Below are positions 9,726-19,117 of a DNA stretch of 64,000 bases, one piece after another. Source of the DNA: Pseudomonadota bacterium (GTDB taxonomy: Bacteria; Pseudomonadota; Alphaproteobacteria; Rhizobiales; JANQQB01). Below the pieces are notes generated by a model, which ran no database searches, was not told the DNA's origin, and was given only the letters and a program-made list of their open reading frames with translations. A program made the position numbers and the translations under genes. Each line of letters starts with the position of its first letter. Within the stretch, counting starts at the first letter, position 1. The DNA is taken from the NCBI GenBank assembly GCA_038745065.1, contig JBCDLT010000004.1, forward strand, positions 69,507-133,506. Reading direction: 5' to 3'.

Positions 9726-10322
9726 TCATTTGAACGAAGCCATGTGCTTTGCAAGGTCGTCGCGGATCGCCCTCGCCTGCCGGCACTCGGCCAGACCTGA
9801 TTTGGAAATGAATTGCAGATCGCGGGAAATATCCGTTGCGCCCGCGATCATCACCGTGGTGAGGTCTGCGTAGGGGCCGCCGCCGCGGCTGATCAGGCAA
9901 TCGATCTCGTTGTTCCATAAGAGCTCGATATCCGTCGTCCGGATCGCAGTTCGCACATAAGGTTTCAGACTGTCGTCATGGTTCGGCCAATCGGCCGGCA
10001 ACATGGCTACCGCCTTGGCACATATTCCGACGGTGAACTTCTTGCTGTTGATGTCCGGCGCGATCGCTTCCGTGGCATCGGTGAGATCCTCGAAGACTTT
10101 CGCTATGCGCGGCCAATAGGTCTCGCCCTCCGGCGTCAGAAGCAGGCCCTGCGGAAGTCTCCGGAAGAGGACCACGCCCAGCGAGGTTTCCAGTTTCTTG
10201 ACCTGCTGACTCACGGCACCCGGCGTCACGCCGAGTTCGCTCGCCGCGGTTTTGAAGCTCTGATGGCGTGCCGCCGCTTCGAAAGCGCGTAGTGTGTTCA
10301 GAGACGGCAGTCGATAGGTCAT
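9726..10322 (-). CDS. LysR-family (GcvA-like) regulator, unusually short (198 aa), possibly truncated
   Basis: The N-terminal HTH LPSLNTLRAFEAAARHQSFKTAASELGVTPGAVSQQVKKLE is typical. The effector domain stops about 100 aa short of the usual LysR length of roughly 300 aa. Confidence 0.65.
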   Translation of the reverse strand: MTYRLPSLNTLRAFEAAARHQSFKTAASELGVTPGAVSQQVKKLETSLGVVLFRRLPQGLLLTPEGETYWPRIAKVFEDLTDATEAIAPDINSKKFTVGICAKAVAMLPADWPNHDDSLKPYVRTAIRTTDIELLWNNEIDCLISRGGGPYADLTTVMIAGATDISRDLQFISKSGLAECRQARAIRDDLAKHMASFK

Positions 10323-10476
10323 TCGTTTTTCAGGTCATCCGTTTTCTGCGGCGCGCAGAATTGCACAAAAGTTTCCGCTGAAAGACTCAGTCTTTCTATC
10401 CCTCCGATGCAGCGTTTCTGCGTTGTAGACGCATCCTCGTCGTTGGATGGTCCTTCGTGAAACGGAGGAACGAACG

Positions 10477-10956
10477 ATGAGCGAAAAACCATCCAATCCG
10501 CTGCTTTACGATGCGATCAGGGAACGCGGTATTGTCTATCTTCTGGCGTTTCGGGAACTGGCAGAGCGCTATGGCGAAACCGAAGCGATCAGCGTCATGC
10601 GTAGCGTCAGCCATGCGCAGGGTGTCATCGCCGGCAAGAAGCTCGCTCATCTGGCGCCGCGCAACTTCAAGGGCATGGTCGACGCGTTTGCCATGGCGCC
10701 GGATGACGGAGTGACGTTTTCGACCGAGATCAGGCAGTTGGATGAGACCGGTCTCAAGGTTCAGATGATGACCTGTCCCATCAAGGATGCCTGGACTGAG
10801 GCAGGTTGCAGCGACGAGGAGATCTGCACGCTCTTGCATTGTGCATCCGCCTTCGATGAGGCGACGCTCGAGACGGCCGGATTTGCTTACGAGATCGAAT
10901 TGTGGGCGCCGGGAAAAGAAGGGTGCTGTCTCACAATGATCACGGAGAAGGCCTGA
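10477..10956 (+). CDS. L-2-amino-thiazoline-4-carboxylic acid hydrolase-like (ATC-hydrolase family) protein
   Basis: About 160 aa with a Cys-rich C-terminal half (MTCPIKDAW...GCSDEEICTLLHCASAFDEA...CCL), as I recall for this family. ATG 10477 is preceded by GGAGGA. Confidence 0.5.
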   Translation: MSEKPSNPLLYDAIRERGIVYLLAFRELAERYGETEAISVMRSVSHAQGVIAGKKLAHLAPRNFKGMVDAFAMAPDDGVTFSTEIRQLDETGLKVQMMTCPIKDAWTEAGCSDEEICTLLHCASAFDEATLETAGFAYEIELWAPGKEGCCLTMITEKA

Positions 10957-10979
10957 TCCGGTCCCCGCCGGCGAACGTC

Positions 10980-11567
10980 CTACAACACTTCGGCGATCGG
11001 CGGGATCTTCTTCCATTCCGGTGTCGGTTGCGCCTGCCCGGCCTTCGGAAGGTGCCGCGACGGTTCCACCAGTTCCATATGCGGCACGTAACGGGGGCAG
11101 TTCGGGTAGATGTGGTCGGTGTCCACTTCGACGATGCGATGGGCGCCGGGATAGCTTTCGAGCGCCTCGTGCTCGTCATGTACACTCGCCCGTCCATTGA
11201 TGCGCAATCTGAGGAACAGCGCGCCCTGCCCCTCCTCGGTGCCGAACTTCATGAACAACATGCCGACATTCGGGTTTTCGAGAATGTTGCCGAGCGATTT
11301 GTACATGCGGTTTCCGTCGTAGTCGGGAAAGATCAGGCGGTTCGGGCCGGTCACACGCACAAATCCGGGCTCTCCTCCCTTGAAGGAACAATCGGTATTG
11401 CCTCCCGCCGAGGTCGCCAGGAAAAAGAACGGAACGGCTTCCACGAAAGCCTTGAACTCTTCGGTAAAGGTCTCGGTCTCGACCAAATCGACAATGCGAT
11501 CGGCGACGGCACGCCCGCCATAGCGTTCCTGAAGCTGTCGGTTTCCTTCGTGAAACATCGTCATCAA
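10980..11567 (-). CDS. Pyridoxamine 5'-phosphate oxidase-family FMN-binding protein
   Basis: 195 aa with the PNPOx-like split-barrel pattern (FFFLATSAGGNTDCSFKGGEPGFVRV...DYDGNRMYKSLGNILENPNVGMLFM). Confidence 0.65.
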   Translation of the reverse strand: MMTMFHEGNRQLQERYGGRAVADRIVDLVETETFTEEFKAFVEAVPFFFLATSAGGNTDCSFKGGEPGFVRVTGPNRLIFPDYDGNRMYKSLGNILENPNVGMLFMKFGTEEGQGALFLRLRINGRASVHDEHEALESYPGAHRIVEVDTDHIYPNCPRYVPHMELVEPSRHLPKAGQAQPTPEWKKIPPIAEVL

Positions 11568-11701
11568 TGCTGCTCCCTTGGTGACCCGGTGAACGCGACC
11601 TGATGGCTTTGTACCATCATCCCGGCCTGGACCGCCGGTTTTCCGGACGCAGCCGGCATCGGAAATCTGCTACATGTAAGGCGACAAATGGGAGACGAAC
11701 A

Positions 11702-12553
11702 ATGCATGTCGAGCCGATTACCGGCGTCTTCGGGGCCGAAATTACCGGGATCGATCTCAAATCAGGTCTTGCCGCCTCGACAGCTGAAGCGTTACGCGAT
11801 GCCCTGGCCCATCACCTTGTGATCGTGCTGCGCGATCAGCATATCAACGTCGCAGCACACCAGGCGCTGACACGCGTGTTCGGGATGCCGGCCATAAACC
11901 CCTATGCACCGGGCCCGGATGAGCATCCGGAAATGACCACAATCCTGAAAGAAGCCGACGAACGGACGGGGGTCTTCGGCGGCGGCTGGCATACGGATCT
12001 CAGCTTTCTCGACCACCCGCCCGGCGGCTCGGTGCTCGCGGCCGTCGACATCCCGCCCTATGGCGGCGACACCATGTTCTGCAGCCAGCAGGCGGCGTGG
12101 GAGAGCCTGCCAGAGCCCATGAAATCTCTGCTCGACGGCCGCAATGCCGCGCATGTCGGTAAACCCTACGGCATCAAATGGGCGCCCCCGGTCGAGGAAC
12201 AGGCGATGAAAGGTTCAACCAAACGCAGCGATCCGGATGCGGACCGCGAACGCCTGCACCCTGCGGTCATGACGCATCCCGTTACGGCCAGAAAGGGGCT
12301 CTATATCAACCCGACCTACACGCTGCGTCTCGACGGGATGAGCGAAGCTGATAGTGCGCCGATCCTCAATCAGCTCTTTGCCCATTGCACCTTGCCGGAG
12401 CATTGCCTGCGGCTGCGCTGGAGCCCGGGCATGGTCGTCGTATGGGACAATTATTCGACCCAGCATTATGCGATCAACGATTACCACGGCTTCCGCCGGG
12501 AAATGCGGCGCAGCACGTTCGACAATGACGGGATCGCGGCTTGGCGGGGCTGA
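11702..12553 (+). CDS. TauD/TfdA-family Fe(II)/2-oxoglutarate dioxygenase
   Basis: WHTDLSF (HxD), GGDTMF, VVWDNYSTQHYA (distal His) and the RRSTF arginine. ATG 11702 has GGGAGA upstream. Confidence 0.85.
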   Translation: MHVEPITGVFGAEITGIDLKSGLAASTAEALRDALAHHLVIVLRDQHINVAAHQALTRVFGMPAINPYAPGPDEHPEMTTILKEADERTGVFGGGWHTDLSFLDHPPGGSVLAAVDIPPYGGDTMFCSQQAAWESLPEPMKSLLDGRNAAHVGKPYGIKWAPPVEEQAMKGSTKRSDPDADRERLHPAVMTHPVTARKGLYINPTYTLRLDGMSEADSAPILNQLFAHCTLPEHCLRLRWSPGMVVVWDNYSTQHYAINDYHGFRREMRRSTFDNDGIAAWRG

Positions 12554-12685
12554 CTTCTCTTCACCGCTTATCCGGCGAATATTTCAAACGAATTGATCCG
12601 GTTCCTCAATTTCGGGATCTCAGTTCCATTTTTCTCATCCTGCAAAACTGTTCCGGGCCTCCTTACCAAAGGTCAGAGACGTAAT

Positions 12686-12708
12686 TTGAAAACAAATATT
12701 GAAAACAA
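12686..12708 (+). repeat. Tandem direct repeat TTGAAAACAA x2 in the AT-rich leader of the S8 peptidase gene
   Basis: TTGAAAACAA occurs at 12686-12695 and 12699-12708. The inverted core TTTCAAA occurs near 12583 and 12767. Confidence 0.3.
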
Positions 12709-12786
12709 GGTGCATCGGTCACATTTCTACCACTCCGGACAGTAATTATTGCTGCGGCGAAAGTAATTTTCAAATAGGAGGCTGTT

Positions 12787-14001
12787 ATGGCAAAATTTGT
12801 GATTTTGCGGGACCAGAACGCAAACCTGCGGGCCCGCCGTGGCGGTGGGGATCTGTTTGAGTCGCTGCCGCGTGCCACAGAGTCCGTCGGCAGTCGCGGC
12901 GCAGTTCCTCCGTCGCCGGCTATCGAAACGGAAGAATTGACCCAGAAAGAGGTCAACGACGCGGTTCGGGATCCGAATGTCGTGGAAATTGCGCGCGCCA
13001 TGCCTACCAAGCTGATCATGCCGGTGGAGATGGAGGATACACCGGCGGCAGTGCCTACCTGGGGAGTGGAACGGGTCGGTGCCACAACGTCACCGTTTAC
13101 GGGCGTCGGCGTCAAGGCAGCCGTTCTCGACACGGGCATCGATCCCAATCACCCGGCGTTCAACGGCGTAACCCTCACCCGGGAGAACTTCTCCGATGAC
13201 GGACCGGACGACGGCGATGGACACGGCACGCACTGCGCCGGCACGATTTTCGGCCGCGATGTGGACGGCACCCGCATCGGTGTTGCGCCCGGAATTACCG
13301 AAGCCCTGATTGGCAAGGTGCTTGGCGACGACGGGAGCGGCTCCTCGGACATGCTCTTTAACGGCATGCAATGGGCGGAGCAAAACGGCGCGCGGGTGAT
13401 CTCCATGTCGCTCGGCTTCGACTTCCCGGGACTGTCCGAAAGGCTGATCGCTGACGGGTTTCCGCCGCTACTTGCCACGTCGGTCGCACTTGAGGCTTAT
13501 CGCATGAACCTTCGGGTCTTCGACCGCATCATGGCGATGTTTCGGGCGAAGGCCGACTTTACGGGCGGTGTGATCGTGGTGGCAGCCAGCGGCAACGAAA
13601 GCCGACGGCAAATCGACCCCAATTTCGAAGTCAGCGCATCGGTGCCTGCAGCGGCAGAAGGCATCGTTTCGGTGGGCGCGGTCGGCGAAAGCCCCGGCGG
13701 GCTCACCATGGCGCCGTTCTCCAACACCAATCCGACGCTGAGCGCCCCAGGCGTCGGGGTCGTCTCCGCCCAACTTGGCGGCGGGTTGACGCCGCTCAAT
13801 GGCACCAGCATGGCGTGCCCGCACGTGGCCGGATGCGCAGCGCTCTGGTGGGAATCGACACTGAATGCACCCATCCCAGCCACCCAACGCGCCGTCGAGG
13901 CCCGCTTGCTCACAAGCGCGATCACGGATCCCTTCGCGGCCGGTGTCGACATCGCCGACCGGGGCGACGGTCTGGTACAGGCGCCGTCGGGGACTGTCTG
14001 A
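12787..14001 (+). CDS. S8-family (subtilisin-like) serine peptidase, no signal peptide
   Basis: Catalytic triad blocks AAVLDTGID (Asp), GHGTHCAGTI (His) and GTSMACPHVAG (Ser), plus oxyanion AASGNE. An AGGAGG RBS precedes ATG 12787. Confidence 0.85.
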   Translation: MAKFVILRDQNANLRARRGGGDLFESLPRATESVGSRGAVPPSPAIETEELTQKEVNDAVRDPNVVEIARAMPTKLIMPVEMEDTPAAVPTWGVERVGATTSPFTGVGVKAAVLDTGIDPNHPAFNGVTLTRENFSDDGPDDGDGHGTHCAGTIFGRDVDGTRIGVAPGITEALIGKVLGDDGSGSSDMLFNGMQWAEQNGARVISMSLGFDFPGLSERLIADGFPPLLATSVALEAYRMNLRVFDRIMAMFRAKADFTGGVIVVAASGNESRRQIDPNFEVSASVPAAAEGIVSVGAVGESPGGLTMAPFSNTNPTLSAPGVGVVSAQLGGGLTPLNGTSMACPHVAGCAALWWESTLNAPIPATQRAVEARLLTSAITDPFAAGVDIADRGDGLVQAPSGTV

Positions 14002-14092
14002 TCCAATCAGCGCGTCGGGGTGAAACTCCGCATGTCTGAGAAAATGGTTCGGTGGCAAGCGTGCCGCCGAGCCGGACTGTCTCGAATGCCGC

Positions 14093-14557
14093 CTAATCCG
14101 GCTGGATCGAAAATCCCCGGTTTTCCTTGATCGTTTTCAAAACGATGTCCGATCGCACCTGACTGACATGAGGATGTGGCAGCAGACGGGCGTGGATGAA
14201 ACGGGCCAGGTCTTCCAGCGTCCTGACCCGGATCTGAACGAGATAATCGGCATCGCCGGTAATCGCCTGGGCCTGCTGCACTTCGGTCAGATCGTTGAGG
14301 AAATCGGCAAAATCGTCCGCAGTGGTCTCGCTGTGCGATGAAAGCGTCACCCGGGTAAACGCTTCGATACCGTAGCCGAGCTTTTCCGCATCCAGGTCCG
14401 CGCGATACCCGCGGATGAAGCCCGCGTCTTCCAGTCCCGACCGGCGGCGCGAGCACTGCGAGGCGGACAGGTTGATCTCTTCGGCGAGTGCGGCGTTGGT
14501 CAGGCTGGCGTCGGCCTGCAAGAGGGCGAGGATCTTCAGGTCAAAAGCATCGAGCAT
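14093..14557 (-). CDS. Lrp/AsnC-family transcriptional regulator
   Basis: MLDAFDLKILALLQADASLTNAALAEEINLSASQCSRRRSGLE is the HTH_AsnC signature and is followed by a RAM-like domain. Start moved to ATG 14557. Confidence 0.85.
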   Translation of the reverse strand: MLDAFDLKILALLQADASLTNAALAEEINLSASQCSRRRSGLEDAGFIRGYRADLDAEKLGYGIEAFTRVTLSSHSETTADDFADFLNDLTEVQQAQAITGDADYLVQIRVRTLEDLARFIHARLLPHPHVSQVRSDIVLKTIKENRGFSIQPD

Positions 14558-14579
14558 GGTTTGTGCGCCCTTGCGCCAG

Positions 14580-14603
14580 TTCGTACACAATCGATGTGAC
14601 GAA
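14580..14603. promoter_or_regulatory. Imperfect inverted repeat in the Lrp-hppD divergent intergenic region
   Basis: In TTCGTACACAATCGATGTGACGAA the arms TTCG(T)ACACA and TGTGACGAA are complementary apart from one extra base. Confidence 0.25.
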
Positions 14604-14704
14604 CCGGTATTATTTGCTCATTTCGCACAGAAATTGCGTGAATGGTACCCTATTTTCCTCAGCAAGTCATTCCAATCCGATTCACACGCCTGAGGAGGAA
14701 CGTC

Positions 14705-15796
14705 ATGGGCCCCTTCCCGCACGATGCGGCACCCGCTGAAATCACCGAGTCCAATCCGGCCGGCACGGACGGCTTTGAATTCGTCGAATTCGCGCATCCG
14801 GAAGCCGAGGAACTCGCCACGCTGTTCGAGCGCATGGGCTATGCGAAGGTCGCCCGCCACAAAACGAAGGCAATCACGGTCTATCGGCAGGGCGACATCA
14901 ATTACGTCCTGAACGCCGAGCCCGGCTCCTTCGGAACCCGGTTTGCCGCCGAGCACGGGCCGTGTGCACCGTCGATGGCCTGGCGGGTGGTCGATGCGGA
15001 CCACGCTTTCAAACTCGCCGTCGACCGCGGCGCAGCGCCCTATACCGGCACCGACAAGACGCTCGACGTCCCGGCCATCGTCGGGATCGGCGGGTCGCTG
15101 ATCTACTTCGTCGACACCTACGGCTCGAAGGGTTCGCCCTACGACGCGGAGTTCGACTGGCTCGGCGAACGGGATCCGAAGCCGGAAGGTGTCGGGTTCT
15201 TTTACCTCGACCACCTCACCCACAATGTCCGACGCGGCAACATGGACACCTGGTTCGGGTTCTACCGCGACATTTTCAATTTCAAGCAGATCCGGTTCTT
15301 CGACATCGAAGGAAAGCTGACCGGCCTGTTCTCGCGCGCGCTTACCTCGCCCTGCGGCAAGATCCGCATCCCGATCAACGAATCCGCCGACGAGAAGTCG
15401 CAGATCGAGGAATATCTGAAGGCCTATAACGGCGAAGGCATCCAGCACATCGCGGTCGGCTCGGACGGGCTCTACGACGCGACCGATCTTCTGTCGCAAA
15501 ACGGCCTGGAGTTCATGCCCGGCCCGCCGGACACCTATTACGACAAATCCTTCGACCGGGTGCAGGGACACGAAGAGCCGATCGAGCGCATGAAACGCCA
15601 CGGGATCCTGATCGACGGCGGCACCACAAAGATCCTTCTGCAGATCTTTTCCAAGACCGTGATCGGTCCGATCTTTTTCGAATTCATCCAGCGCAAGGGC
15701 GATGACGGGTTCGGCGAAGGCAATTTCCGCGCCCTGTTCGAATCCATCGAAGAAGACCAGATCCAGCGCGGCGTGCTGAAGGACGATGCGGCCTGA
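14705..15796 (+). CDS. hppD: 4-hydroxyphenylpyruvate dioxygenase
   Basis: FEFVEFAHP...DHLTHNV...RIPINES...GEGIQHIA...FFEFIQRKGDDGFGEGNFRALFESIEEDQ closely parallels known bacterial HPPDs. ATG 14705 follows GAGGAGGA. Confidence 0.9.
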   Translation: MGPFPHDAAPAEITESNPAGTDGFEFVEFAHPEAEELATLFERMGYAKVARHKTKAITVYRQGDINYVLNAEPGSFGTRFAAEHGPCAPSMAWRVVDADHAFKLAVDRGAAPYTGTDKTLDVPAIVGIGGSLIYFVDTYGSKGSPYDAEFDWLGERDPKPEGVGFFYLDHLTHNVRRGNMDTWFGFYRDIFNFKQIRFFDIEGKLTGLFSRALTSPCGKIRIPINESADEKSQIEEYLKAYNGEGIQHIAVGSDGLYDATDLLSQNGLEFMPGPPDTYYDKSFDRVQGHEEPIERMKRHGILIDGGTTKILLQIFSKTVIGPIFFEFIQRKGDDGFGEGNFRALFESIEEDQIQRGVLKDDAA

Positions 15797-15820
15797 TCGG
15801 CCAAGGAAGCTGATGACCGC

Positions 15821-16342
15821 TTACGGGGCGACGTTGTCCTCAAGGCGAAACCGGACGATGCGTCCGACCTGAAGTAACGCGGTCTGAAACTCGGTTTCGA
15901 CCGCGTTATCGATGCGGGCGCCGAAAGCCTCCAGGATCGTCGCCTTGTCGGCGCCCTTTACCGCCAGGATGAACGGAAAACCGAACCGCTCGCGATAGCG
16001 TCGATTGAAGTCGGTAAAACGGTCGAATTCATCCGGGGTCAGCCGGTCGAGACCGGCGCCAGCCTGTTCCGATTTCGAGGCCTTGGTTAGATCGCCGGCA
16101 ATGGCGGCCTTGCCCGCCAGATCGGGATGCGCGCACAGTAAAGCGTGTTGCGCAGACCGATCGGCGTTGTCGATGGCCGAGCGAAACGAACCGACCATGG
16201 CGTCGCGGGAGGCGAACGGCCGGTCCGCAGCGGCCCGGTCCGCAACCCAGGGCGCGTGCTCGGCGATGTTCCCGAAAACCGCAACAAATTCGGCCACAGT
16301 CATGGCATTGACGGCTTGCAGTGTGTGCGGTGCGGAGGCCAT
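15821..16342 (-). CDS. uraD: 2-oxo-4-hydroxy-4-carboxy-5-ureidoimidazoline (OHCU) decarboxylase
   Basis: FGNIAEHAPWVA...LCAHPDLAGK...SKSEQAGAGLDRL...YRERFGFPFILAVKG are typical OHCU decarboxylase blocks. Confidence 0.85.
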   Translation of the reverse strand: MASAPHTLQAVNAMTVAEFVAVFGNIAEHAPWVADRAAADRPFASRDAMVGSFRSAIDNADRSAQHALLCAHPDLAGKAAIAGDLTKASKSEQAGAGLDRLTPDEFDRFTDFNRRYRERFGFPFILAVKGADKATILEAFGARIDNAVETEFQTALLQVGRIVRFRLEDNVAP

Positions 16343-16396
16343 CGTCGGCTTTCCATCGGTTCTTGATGCCCTGAAGAATGGGGTTCTCCCAGGATC

Positions 16397-17815
16397 CTAA
16401 CTGAAGATCACCTGGATATCGGTGTATTCCTGCAGGCCTTCTTCGCCGAACTCCACCCCGAGACCGGATTTCTTCACGCCGCCGAACGGCGCATTTGGCT
16501 GTATCGCACCGTGCCTGTTGATCCAGACCGAACCGCATTCCATTCGCGACGCAACCTGTTTGGCCTTCTCGATATCTTTCGACCAGACCGAACCGCCAAG
16601 CCCGTTTTCGCTGTCATTGGCGCGTTCGATCACCTCGTCGAGATCGGTATACCTGATGACCGGCAATGCGGGACCGAATTGCTCCTCGTCGACGAGCGGG
16701 TCGCCGTTGTCCAGTTCGGCAATGATTGTCGGCGGAAAGAACAATCCCTCGCCCGGCTCACCGCCGAGCAGCACCCGCCCCCTGGACTTCGCGTCATCCA
16801 CCAGTCTCTTGACCTTGTCGAACTGCATCCGGTTGGCAATCGGACCCATGATCGAGGATTCGTCCAAGCCGTTGCCCATCGGAACAGCCTTCGTATAGGC
16901 CACAAGCGCGTCGCACACGGCATCATAGACATTCTCATGAACGTAGAGCCGCTTCATTGCCGCGCAGGTCTGGCCCATGTTTATGAAGCCGCCCCAGAAC
17001 AAACCCTCCGCAATGGCTTGCGGATCCACATCCGGCAAGACGATCCCGGCATCGTTGCCGCCCATTTCTAGCGTCAGCCTTTTCATGGTCTCGGCCGACG
17101 ACATCATGACCTTGGATCCGGTGGCGCAGGAGCCGGTAAAGACGATCTTACGGATGTCCGGATGCGCCGACATCGCGCCGCCGATATTGCTTGCGACGTC
17201 GTCCGACGTAACAACATTGACGACACCGGCCGGCAGGACCTCGTTCATCAACTGCACCATGCGAAGCGTCGAAAGCGGCGTATAGGGTGAAGGCTTGATG
17301 ACCGCCGTATTGCCTGTTCGTATTGCGGGCATCAGATGCCATGTCGCGATCAGGACCGGCCAGTTCCATGGCGTGATCGAGCCAACCACACCAAGCGGTT
17401 TGCGATACATCTCGACACGACCTTCATTGTTGTCCTGCAGGACCTTCATGCTCATTTCGAGCTGTGCGGTGAAACCCGTCCAGGCGGCGACGCCGCCCAT
17501 CTCGAACCGCGAGCCAACCCCATTGAGCGGTTTGCCCTGTTCCCGGGTTATCAGCGTCGCCAGTTCTTCTGCGTGTTCAGTGAGCTTTTCGCCGAGTTTG
17601 GCAACCGCGTCCTTGCGTTCGGTGTCATTTGTCTTGCTCCAGCTCGCATAGGCCGACTTGGCAGCCGCAACGGCGGCCTCCAGATCGCCTTCGGACGCGT
17701 TCGGCGCCCGACCGACAATGTCGCCCGTCGCCGGATCGGTGACATCAAAGGTCTCGGCCGTTTCGTAAGCCTGGCCGTCAACCGTCATTGCATAGAGGCG
17801 GTGATCGTCTGACAT
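16397..17815 (-). CDS. NAD(P)-dependent aldehyde dehydrogenase
   Basis: 472 aa with ITPWNWP, VIKPSPYTP, FTGS, LEMGGND, GQTCAAMKR (catalytic Cys) and EEQFGP. Confidence 0.9.
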   Translation of the reverse strand: MSDDHRLYAMTVDGQAYETAETFDVTDPATGDIVGRAPNASEGDLEAAVAAAKSAYASWSKTNDTERKDAVAKLGEKLTEHAEELATLITREQGKPLNGVGSRFEMGGVAAWTGFTAQLEMSMKVLQDNNEGRVEMYRKPLGVVGSITPWNWPVLIATWHLMPAIRTGNTAVIKPSPYTPLSTLRMVQLMNEVLPAGVVNVVTSDDVASNIGGAMSAHPDIRKIVFTGSCATGSKVMMSSAETMKRLTLEMGGNDAGIVLPDVDPQAIAEGLFWGGFINMGQTCAAMKRLYVHENVYDAVCDALVAYTKAVPMGNGLDESSIMGPIANRMQFDKVKRLVDDAKSRGRVLLGGEPGEGLFFPPTIIAELDNGDPLVDEEQFGPALPVIRYTDLDEVIERANDSENGLGGSVWSKDIEKAKQVASRMECGSVWINRHGAIQPNAPFGGVKKSGLGVEFGEEGLQEYTDIQVIFS

Positions 17816-17980
17816 GATGGTCTTCCTCCTTGATGTTTGTTGTCGCTGCTACCCGGTCCGGCGCGCACTCAAACCGGCCCGGAGCGGACATTCCTGTCGG
17901 TCCGGAACGCCGGTGAAATGCTGCCGCAGCCACCGGCAACACGTCTTGGCAGGAGGCGTCAAAATGATTGGTATCAGGCG

Positions 17981-18961
17981 TCAGACATCCGACGGGCCGA
18001 TCGCGAGGGTGTCACCTGGCGCATGTCCGTAGGTCTTGCGGTAAAGCCGGTAAAACGTCGACAAATCGCCGAAGCCTTGCGAAAATGCAATGGCTGCAAT
18101 GGTTTGCGGCGTCCGCCTGTCGGCGTTCCTGGCCAGGGCCAAGTGCGCAGCCTCGATACGGAACCTTTGCAGCCGTTCACGCGGCGTTTCTCCGATTGCC
18201 TGGAATGCTCGCTGCACCCTGCGAAGCGGCAGACCGATGATTTCGGCCAGATCCCGTGTCGTAAAATCTGCTTCGAAATAGCTTTCGGCAATTATGGAAA
18301 GCGCTCTTTGCACGATCTGACTGTCTGCATCTGGCGGCAATCCGCGGCCGAATTCGCGTTCCGTGAGCAGCGCGCCGAAGACGCTGTAGAATGCTTCAAC
18401 AACATGGGCTTGCGGCGTATCGGCTTCGTGGAACAGCTTTGCCAGAAGCGCCTGCATCGACATGCAAAAGGGGTCGTTCCGCTTGATGGCGATGCCGCCG
18501 CGTATGCGCGGACCGAAGCGCTTGCACATCTCGGCGCGCGGCAGATGGACAGATAATTGAAGCGAATATCGGCCGTGGAAGCGGAACACGCTTTGTTGCG
18601 TGGAATCGACCAGAAACATGTCGCCCGGGTCCAGGTGAGCCACCGCATCGCCCTGTTCCAGAGAGGACCGGCCGTGCCGCTGCATGATTAGAAAGAAATG
18701 ATCTCCAGGGTCACGCCTCAGGCCGTTGGCGGTGCGTCTGATGATCTGGCAATCCTGGCCGACATGGGCAATATCGAGTCCAGCGAAATTGCAGACCGAT
18801 AAGTGCCCCCGCAACCGGCGCGCCGTGCTGCGTTCCGGTTCGACATCGAACTGCCCGCAGATATCGGTCAGATCGGCCCGGAACGCATCGACCGGATAAT
18901 TTTTAGATGCCGCGCCGTAAACGAGATCCAAATCCCGCACAAAACTCGTTTCAGGTCGCAT
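17981..18961 (-). CDS. AraC-family transcriptional regulator
   Basis: C-terminal double HTH (TTRDLAEIIGLPLRRVQRAFQ...IAAIAFSQGFGDLSTFYRLYRKTYG). Confidence 0.85.
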   Translation of the reverse strand: MRPETSFVRDLDLVYGAASKNYPVDAFRADLTDICGQFDVEPERSTARRLRGHLSVCNFAGLDIAHVGQDCQIIRRTANGLRRDPGDHFFLIMQRHGRSSLEQGDAVAHLDPGDMFLVDSTQQSVFRFHGRYSLQLSVHLPRAEMCKRFGPRIRGGIAIKRNDPFCMSMQALLAKLFHEADTPQAHVVEAFYSVFGALLTEREFGRGLPPDADSQIVQRALSIIAESYFEADFTTRDLAEIIGLPLRRVQRAFQAIGETPRERLQRFRIEAAHLALARNADRRTPQTIAAIAFSQGFGDLSTFYRLYRKTYGHAPGDTLAIGPSDV

Positions 18962-19117
18962 GTTCCGGCTCGCACTTCTTCGGGCAGAAACGTCCTTAGC
19001 TTAGGAAGGGTAGCATCTGCTTTGCCTTGGCGGCCAGCGTTTCGCGCCCTGTGCCGGTTTTGCCGAGAAGGGTGACGGGTATCTGCGTCTTCCCAAGGTG
19101 CGTCTTGAAACGCCACA

